Of a stretch of DNA of 64,000 bases, positions 58,645 to 64,000 are shown one piece after another (position 1 is the first letter of the stretch; each line of letters begins with the position of its first letter). The stretch spans positions 3,200,001 through 3,264,000 of the forward strand of contig OX638340.1 in NCBI GenBank assembly GCA_951812955.1, written 5' to 3'. The notes below the pieces were generated by a model, which saw only the letters and a list, made by a program, of their open reading frames with translations, had not been told where the DNA came from and did not search any database. This DNA comes from an uncultured Gemmatimonadota bacterium (GTDB lineage: Bacteria; JAAXHH01). A program made the position numbers and the translations under genes.

Positions 58645-59928
58645 CTATTCCTCAATCGTAGTTTCTCCGTCCAGCACTTCGATGCGCGCGCCAGAGGCAT
58701 GGCGCGCCTGCTGCAGTCTTGCCGCCACTGCCTCCGCTTCACGCATCACGCGCAGCACGTTGCGCCCGAGGATCTTCAGGACATCCTCGTCCGAATAACC
58801 CCGCCGGATCAGTTCGGCCGTCAGCATGGGATAGGTGGACACATCCTCCAGTCCCACCGGGACCGTGGAAATGCCGTCGTAATCGCCGCCGATGCCGATG
58901 TAATCGATGCCGGCTACCTGCCGGATGTGATCGATATGGTCGGCCACCTGTGCCAGGGTGGCAGGCGGCGTGGGATTGGCCTCGTTCCAGGTGGCCATGC
59001 CTTCCGCCACCGATTCATCCGTACTGCCCGGCATCGCCGCGAGCCGCTCCCGCTCTTCGTTGCGCTTCACGCCGTGAAGGCGGGTTTCTTCCGAGATATA
59101 AGCAGGTACGAAGGTGACCATGACCACGCCGTTGTTATCGACCAGGCGCTCCAGGACGTCGTCGGGGACGTTGCGCACGTGGTTGCACATGGCCAGGGAC
59201 GAGGAATGGCTGAAGATGACGGGGGCCTCCGAAACGTCCAGGGCGTCCCGCATGGTCGCCGGGGAGACGTGGGACAGGTCCACCAACATGCCCAGGCGGT
59301 TCATCTCCCGGACCACCTCTTTTCCGAATTCCGTCAGGCCGTCGACCGCGACGGTGTCTGTAGCCGAATCGGCCCAGGGCACGTTGCGGCTGTGGGTCAG
59401 CGTCATGTATCCGACGCCCAGCCGGTGGAACATGCGGAGCGCGCCGAGGGAGGAGTCAATGGAATGTCCTCCTTCAATGCCCAACATGGACGCGATCCTG
59501 CCTGCCGCGAAGGCCGCTTCCACTTCGTCCGCCGTAGCGGCCAGTTGGAATGTGTCCGGATACCGGGCGGCCATCTGGTACACGATATCGATTTCCTCCA
59601 TGGTCGCGCGCACGGCTTCTTTTCCCTGCATGGAAGCGGGTACGTAAACCGACCAGAACTGGGCGCCGAGCATGCCCTCGCGCAGGCGGGGAATGTCGGT
59701 ATGCAGGTCCGGCTGCGATTCGGCGATGTCAATCGACCAGACGTCCCGGTTCGCCTTCCTGCGAATCTGCCAGGGAAGGTCGTTGTGCCCGTCGATCAGC
59801 GGGACTTTCGCGTGCAGTGCCCTGGCGCGTTCGACGGGATCTTCGGGCATGGGCTCTTCGGCCGGCGCACAGGCGGATGTCAGCGCGACGAGACATAGGC
59901 CAGTCAGCAACAGGATGAGTGAATGCAT
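58645..59928 (-). CDS. Membrane dipeptidase (peptidase M19 / renal dipeptidase family), lipoprotein
   Basis: MHSLILLLTGLCLVALTSACAP (lipobox). PLIDGHNDLPW, ...VDLSH..., GIGGDYDGI are characteristic of M19. Confidence 0.85.
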   Translation of the reverse strand: MHSLILLLTGLCLVALTSACAPAEEPMPEDPVERARALHAKVPLIDGHNDLPWQIRRKANRDVWSIDIAESQPDLHTDIPRLREGMLGAQFWSVYVPASMQGKEAVRATMEEIDIVYQMAARYPDTFQLAATADEVEAAFAAGRIASMLGIEGGHSIDSSLGALRMFHRLGVGYMTLTHSRNVPWADSATDTVAVDGLTEFGKEVVREMNRLGMLVDLSHVSPATMRDALDVSEAPVIFSHSSSLAMCNHVRNVPDDVLERLVDNNGVVMVTFVPAYISEETRLHGVKRNEERERLAAMPGSTDESVAEGMATWNEANPTPPATLAQVADHIDHIRQVAGIDYIGIGGDYDGISTVPVGLEDVSTYPMLTAELIRRGYSDEDVLKILGRNVLRVMREAEAVAARLQQARHASGARIEVLDGETTIEE

Positions 59929-60262
59929 GATTCCTCCGGGGTGAATCCAGTATATTGTAGGTCCAACTGTGTCAGGCCGAGGATTGGATATACGCACGGA
60001 AGGCTAAGAAAGCTGTATGCGCGTACCCATTCCTCGTGTAGTCAGTCTCCACTAAAATTAACGATATTCAGGTCAGGGCAAGGGATATTTGGGTGATTGC
60101 GCCGCTAGAACTCACCCATCCGGACGGTTCGTTGCACCCCATGGTACCTGGCATGATAGCGCTTTGAACCGCTGTCGAAATCTCATGTTGCCATTCCCAT
60201 GATACCGGGTTACTTTTCACTGGTCCAAGTGACCCGATACCCCCCCATTCCAAGGAGTCCGC

Positions 60263-61273
60263 ATGGCTCGATTTACCATTCTCGCGCCCGGCAATCCCGA
60301 TAATCCCGGTCCCAATCAGTATATCAGGGACGAACTGGAAACGATTGGCGCCGAGCTCAGGATACGTCCCTTCAGCACACTAGAGGAAATGCTGGAAGAG
60401 GCCCGGGACGTGGACGGCTTTACCCAGGGCGGCCTGACCTATAATCGGGAAACCGTGGAGCAACTGCCCGACCGCATACGCGTTGTGGGCGCGGGCGGGA
60501 TCGGCGTGGACTTCATCGACGTGGAAGCGGCCACGGAACGGGGGATCATCGTATACAACATCCAGGGCGTTTTCGAACGGGAGGTCGCCCAGCACGCCAT
60601 GATGCTGCTGCTTGCGTGCGCCCGCCGGCTGATGCCCATCAACCGGTCCATGATCGAAGGCACCCCCGTCAGCCGCGGCACCATTCAACCTGTATACGAG
60701 CAGACCCTCGGCCTCGTGTCCTTCGGGAATATCGGCCGGGCCATGGCGAAGATCGCCACCGGTTTCGATCTGCGTATCATTGCCTGCGATCCCTTCGTCA
60801 GCCAGGCCGCCGCCGATCCCTGGGGCGTGACGATGGTGGACCAGGAAACGCTGTTCAAGGAATCCGACTTCGTTTCGTGCCATGTACCCCTGACGCCCAG
60901 TACCCACCACATCATCGGGGAGCGGGATTTCCGGAACATGAAACCCTCCGCCTACTTCATCAACACGGGACGCGGCAAGGTCGTGGACGAAAAGGCGCTC
61001 ATCGAGGCGTTGCAGGAAGGGCGGCTCGCCGGCGCAGGGCTGGACGTGCAGGAGCAGGAGCCCCCGGCTCCGGACAACCCGCTGCGCAAGATGGATAACG
61101 TGGTCCTCACACCCCATTACGCTTCCGCGTCGGTTCGGGGTGGGATCGAGCGCGCAAGAAAAGCAGGCCAGCAACTGGTCACCATTCTCAGTGGCCGCTG
61201 GCCCGACGACGGCCTCGTAAATCCCGCCGTAAAGAAACTCGCCGCCGAAAAATGGGGCATGCCCGCAGAGTGA
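60263..61273 (+). CDS. D-isomer-specific 2-hydroxyacid dehydrogenase (NAD-binding)
   Basis: GLVSFGNIGRAMAK (GxGxxG), FINTGRGKVVDEKAL, LDVQEQEP, VLTPHYAS. Confidence 0.85.
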   Translation: MARFTILAPGNPDNPGPNQYIRDELETIGAELRIRPFSTLEEMLEEARDVDGFTQGGLTYNRETVEQLPDRIRVVGAGGIGVDFIDVEAATERGIIVYNIQGVFEREVAQHAMMLLLACARRLMPINRSMIEGTPVSRGTIQPVYEQTLGLVSFGNIGRAMAKIATGFDLRIIACDPFVSQAAADPWGVTMVDQETLFKESDFVSCHVPLTPSTHHIIGERDFRNMKPSAYFINTGRGKVVDEKALIEALQEGRLAGAGLDVQEQEPPAPDNPLRKMDNVVLTPHYASASVRGGIERARKAGQQLVTILSGRWPDDGLVNPAVKKLAAEKWGMPAE

Positions 61274-61303
61274 CCGGGTGACCGGCGAAGGCACGGATCC
61301 TCC

Positions 61304-62008
61304 ATGTTCTACGATACCGTGATTTTTGATGCGGCGGGTACCCTCGTCGGCCGGGATTCTCCGGATTTCTTCGAGGAGTTCTTCGTTGTCGCGGCCGGGG
61401 AGCTCGGGACCGAGGTGACACTGAACCAGGTGAAGGCCGCGCTTTCGAAATCCATGGAGGAACCGCGGTTCCGGCTTCGCGAAGGACGCATGAGCACGCC
61501 GGAGCAGACGCGCCGGTACTTTCTGGATCTCTACGCCCACGTGTTGAACGGAGCGGGCGTTGAGGGTGACCTGGCGCAGGGGTTACAGGCGTACTACGAC
61601 CGGTTCCAGGACGGCAGGTACCTGGACGTGTACAGCGACGTCCGGCCCACGCTGGAAGCGCTGAAGACCGGTGGCATGCGCCTCGGGGTGCTGTCGAACT
61701 GGTCGGAACACCTCGCGCTGGTCCTGGAGCGGCTCGACCTGGACCGGTACTTCTCCTTCCTCGTCGTTTCCGCCGAAGTCGGATGTGAAAAGCCCGACGA
61801 GGAGATCTTCCGCCTGGCCCTGGATCGTGCGGAAACCCCGATCGACCGCATCCTGTACATCGGAGACTACCCGGAGGAGGACATCCTGCCCGCCGAGCGT
61901 ATCGGGCTGGATGCCCTCCTCATCGATCGGTACGACAAGTACGGGCGATATCGCCTGCCCACCATCAACACATTGACGGATGTCCCCGGACTGATTGGCC
62001 TCTCATGA
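61304..62008 (+). CDS. HAD-superfamily hydrolase (subfamily IA-like)
   Basis: VIFDAAGTL (the DxxGT motif I), LGVLSN (motif II), YIGD (motif IV context). Confidence 0.75.
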   Translation: MFYDTVIFDAAGTLVGRDSPDFFEEFFVVAAGELGTEVTLNQVKAALSKSMEEPRFRLREGRMSTPEQTRRYFLDLYAHVLNGAGVEGDLAQGLQAYYDRFQDGRYLDVYSDVRPTLEALKTGGMRLGVLSNWSEHLALVLERLDLDRYFSFLVVSAEVGCEKPDEEIFRLALDRAETPIDRILYIGDYPEEDILPAERIGLDALLIDRYDKYGRYRLPTINTLTDVPGLIGLS

Positions 62009-62019
62009 GGGAAGCGTCC

Positions 62020-62138
62020 TGAACGAGTGCGTCAAGAACGAAGGTGTGTCATGAACGAAGGCGAACCATGAACGAAGACGTGGCATGAACGAGTGCAAAC
62101 CATGAACGTAGGCGAACCATGAACATAGGCGAACCATG
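62020..62138. repeat. Tandem array of 17-bp repeats (consensus catgaacgaaggcgaac; five clean copies plus one or two degenerate 5' copies). The final copy supplies the ATG start codon of the downstream oxidoreductase.
   Basis: Copies at 62050, 62067, 62084, 62101 and 62118, then catgac... at 62135 where ATG 62136 is the gene start. 17 is not a multiple of 3. Confidence 0.85.
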
Positions 62139-63377
62139 ACAGAGAAACCGATCCGCGTAGGCGTAGTGGGCGTGGGCCGCGGGAAGAGTTTCGCGCAGAC
62201 CGCGTCCGGCGCCGTGGGCATGCAGCTCGTCGCGCTGTGCGACACCTGGGAGGAGCGGTTGCAGCAGTTGGCCGGGGAACTCTCCGTCGCCGCGTACACC
62301 GATTACGACGCATTCCTCACCCACGACATGGACGCCGTCGTCCTGGCCAACTACTTCCACCAACACGCGCCGTTCGCCATCAAGGCTCTGCGGGCGGGGC
62401 GGCACGTCATGAGCGAGACGGCCTCCAACGCCACCCTGGCCGAGGGGGTGGCCCTGTGCCGGACCGTTGAGGAGACCGGCCGGATCTACATGTTGGCCGA
62501 GAACTATCCGTACACGGTCTTCAATCAGGAGATGCACCGGTTGTACGGCGAGGGGGAGATCGGCGAGGTAACCTATGCCGAGGGGGAGTACAACCACCCC
62601 ATGGCCCGGGACGACAGCCTCCGCCTGTCACCGGGATTCGACCACTGGCGGGCGTGGATTCCCTCCACCTATTACTGCACCCACGCCCTGGCTCCGCTGG
62701 TATACATCACCAATACGCGGCCGGTTGGCGTGAACGCCCTTGCCATCGCGCGGCCCGAGCGCACCCTCACGCTCAGGAGAGGAGACCCGGGGTCTGTCAT
62801 CCTCTGCCGCATGGACAATGGCGCGGTGTTTCGGATCTTCGGACTCAGTATGCCGGGCCACAGCAACTGGTACCGCGTGCACGGCGAACGGGGCGCCATG
62901 GAGATCACGCGGGGACCGGGATACTTCGGACCGGGAGAGGTGCGGGTGTGGCATGAGCCGTGGCACCTGGAACCCGGCCAGGAAGCGGAACGGGTATACC
63001 GGCCGGACTGGCCCGAACACGGCGATCTCGCCCGCGAGGCTGGGCACGGGGGTGGCGACTTCTGGACCAGTTTCCATTTTGCCCGGGCCATCCGTTCGGG
63101 CGAACAGCCCTTCCTGGACGTCTACCGCGGCGTAGCCATGTCGTCGGTGGGCATCCTGGCCTGGAAAAGCGCGCTGGAAGACGGGCGCCCCTTCGAAGTG
63201 CCCGATTTCAGGGACGAGGACGACCGTAAATCCTGGGAGAACGACCACTGGTCGCCCTGGCCCGGACATGCCGGACCGGGACAGCCGCCTCCCAGCATAC
63301 TCGGCCGTCGCGACCCGGCTCCGGAACATATCCCATACGCCCGTCGCATATGGAAGGACATGGGTTACGAGGGGTAA
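62136..63377 (+). CDS. Gfo/Idh/MocA-family NAD(P)-dependent oxidoreductase
   Basis: IRVGVVGVGRGKSF (N-terminal Rossmann GxGxxG), then ...FIEKP-like ANYFHQHA..., and a long C-terminal alpha/beta domain. Confidence 0.8.
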   Translation: MTEKPIRVGVVGVGRGKSFAQTASGAVGMQLVALCDTWEERLQQLAGELSVAAYTDYDAFLTHDMDAVVLANYFHQHAPFAIKALRAGRHVMSETASNATLAEGVALCRTVEETGRIYMLAENYPYTVFNQEMHRLYGEGEIGEVTYAEGEYNHPMARDDSLRLSPGFDHWRAWIPSTYYCTHALAPLVYITNTRPVGVNALAIARPERTLTLRRGDPGSVILCRMDNGAVFRIFGLSMPGHSNWYRVHGERGAMEITRGPGYFGPGEVRVWHEPWHLEPGQEAERVYRPDWPEHGDLAREAGHGGGDFWTSFHFARAIRSGEQPFLDVYRGVAMSSVGILAWKSALEDGRPFEVPDFRDEDDRKSWENDHWSPWPGHAGPGQPPPSILGRRDPAPEHIPYARRIWKDMGYEG

Positions 63378-63435
63378 AAAAGGCTTGCCTTTGGAAGTCC
63401 CGTTCCGTATTTTAGGACGGCTTTTGAGGGTCCGC

Positions 63436-63510
63436 GACCCCATCGTCTAGCCTGGCCAAGGACACCGCCCTTTCACGGCGGCAACACGGGTTCAAATCCC
63501 GTTGGGGTCA
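63436..63510 (+). tRNA. tRNA-Glu (anticodon UUC); CCA not encoded
   Basis: GACCCCATCGTCTAGCCTGGCCAAGGACACCGCCCTTTCACGGCGGCAACACGGGTTCAAATCCCGTTGGGGTCA. Near-identical architecture to E. coli tRNA-Glu (CGUCUAG D-arm, CCCUUUCACGG anticodon loop, GGTTCAAATCC T-loop). Perfect 7-bp acceptor stem. Confidence 0.9.
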
Positions 63511-63534
63511 TATGGAATAACCGGAAATGGCAAA

Positions 63535-63565
63535 GGGGATTGCGTGTGTGCGCAATCCCCTTTTT
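63535..63565 (+). terminator. Rho-independent terminator downstream of tRNA-Glu
   Basis: ggggattgcg-tgtgtg-cgcaatcccc hairpin followed by ttttt. Confidence 0.6.
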
Positions 63566-63608
63566 GCTTTCATGCCGTCCGGTTTGCTTTCTGTGCCGTC
63601 CGGGGGCG

Positions 63609-64000
63609 TCAGTGGACGAAAGGAACGACCCGGATGACTTCGATCGTACCTGCGGGAGTGAATTGCCAGACCGCCACGAATCCCGTGGCGAGGTCGCCGT
63701 TCTCGTCCCAGTCCAAAGGCATGGCCGCGCCTTCGTAGTTGATCAGGCCGCCGTCGGCCAAGATGCGTAACCCGTTCGCGATGCTGCTCGCCTCGGCAAT
63801 CACGAGTTCACCGGGCGGTCTGCCGATCGTTCGCAGCCGGTCCCGGATGGCCGCTCCCTCCAGGCTGCCCGCTGCCTGGGCCGCGAGGGCCAGGGCCACG
63901 GTGGCATCATAAGTCTGTTTCACATAGGGAAACGGGGGAGGGTTGCCATAGGCGCTTTTGTACCCGTTCTCCCAGGCCAGCGCCGATGGCGTGTCCTGCG
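63609..64000 (-). CDS. Periplasmic branched-chain amino-acid-type ABC substrate-binding protein (LivK-like), C-terminal part; the 5' end runs off the window
   Basis: The reverse frame is open to the window end. ...YGNPPPFPYVKQTYDATVALALAAQAAGSLEGAAIRDRL...GLINYEGAAMPLDWDENGDLATGFVAVWQF fits the type-I periplasmic binding-protein C-lobe. Confidence 0.55.
   Translation of the reverse strand, partial: QDTPSALAWENGYKSAYGNPPPFPYVKQTYDATVALALAAQAAGSLEGAAIRDRLRTIGRPPGELVIAEASSIANGLRILADGGLINYEGAAMPLDWDENGDLATGFVAVWQFTPAGTIEVIRVVPFVH

Overview
High-GC (about 63-65%), gene-dense bacterial chromosomal fragment with no transposase, integrase or CRISPR. It contains roughly 50 protein genes and one tRNA-Glu. 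Several features suggest an FCB-superphylum-like (Gemmatimonadota/Bacteroidota-related) Gram-negative lineage, though this is a guess: a divergent short ParE/ParC-type topoisomerase pair, TonB-dependent receptors with a carboxypeptidase-regulatory-like N-domain, a DUF5916/CBM9-like outer-membrane protein, and a PD40-propeller outer-membrane fusion. Housekeeping genes: eno-ftsB-recO, map, tsaD, parE/parC-like, a complete Tol-Pal cluster (tolQ-tolR-tolA/tonB-like-tolB-cpoB-pal), acyl-CoA dehydrogenase and an M20 peptidase. Accessory/catabolic genes: two formylglycine-type sulfatases, a DgoD-like dehydratase with an amidohydrolase, a KdgK-like PfkB kinase, a UxuA-like mannonate dehydratase, proline dehydrogenase, an NCS2 permease and tandem paralogous TonB-dependent receptors. 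The most unusual loci are: (1) a lar-like nickel-pincer cofactor cluster (larB-larC-fused ECF ATPase-amidohydrolase_2) with no larA or larE nearby and a triple direct repeat upstream; (2) a translationally coupled pair of a two-anchor vWA membrane protein and a Pro-rich legumain(C13)-like protein that may have lost its catalytic Cys; (3) a 1079-aa cytoplasmic protein with an N-terminal GNAT domain next to a sulfatase; (4) a low-GC islet encoding a standalone sigma-70 region-4 protein; (5) a tandem array of six to seven 17-bp repeats that runs into the start codon of a Gfo/Idh/MocA oxidoreductase; (6) an 1156-aa outer-membrane fusion (HExxH zincin-like + PD40 + Omp85-like C-terminus) with a tandem 22-bp direct repeat and a near-consensus promoter upstream. 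All calls rest on reading the sequence, motif recognition and recalled family knowledge; no database search was possible.
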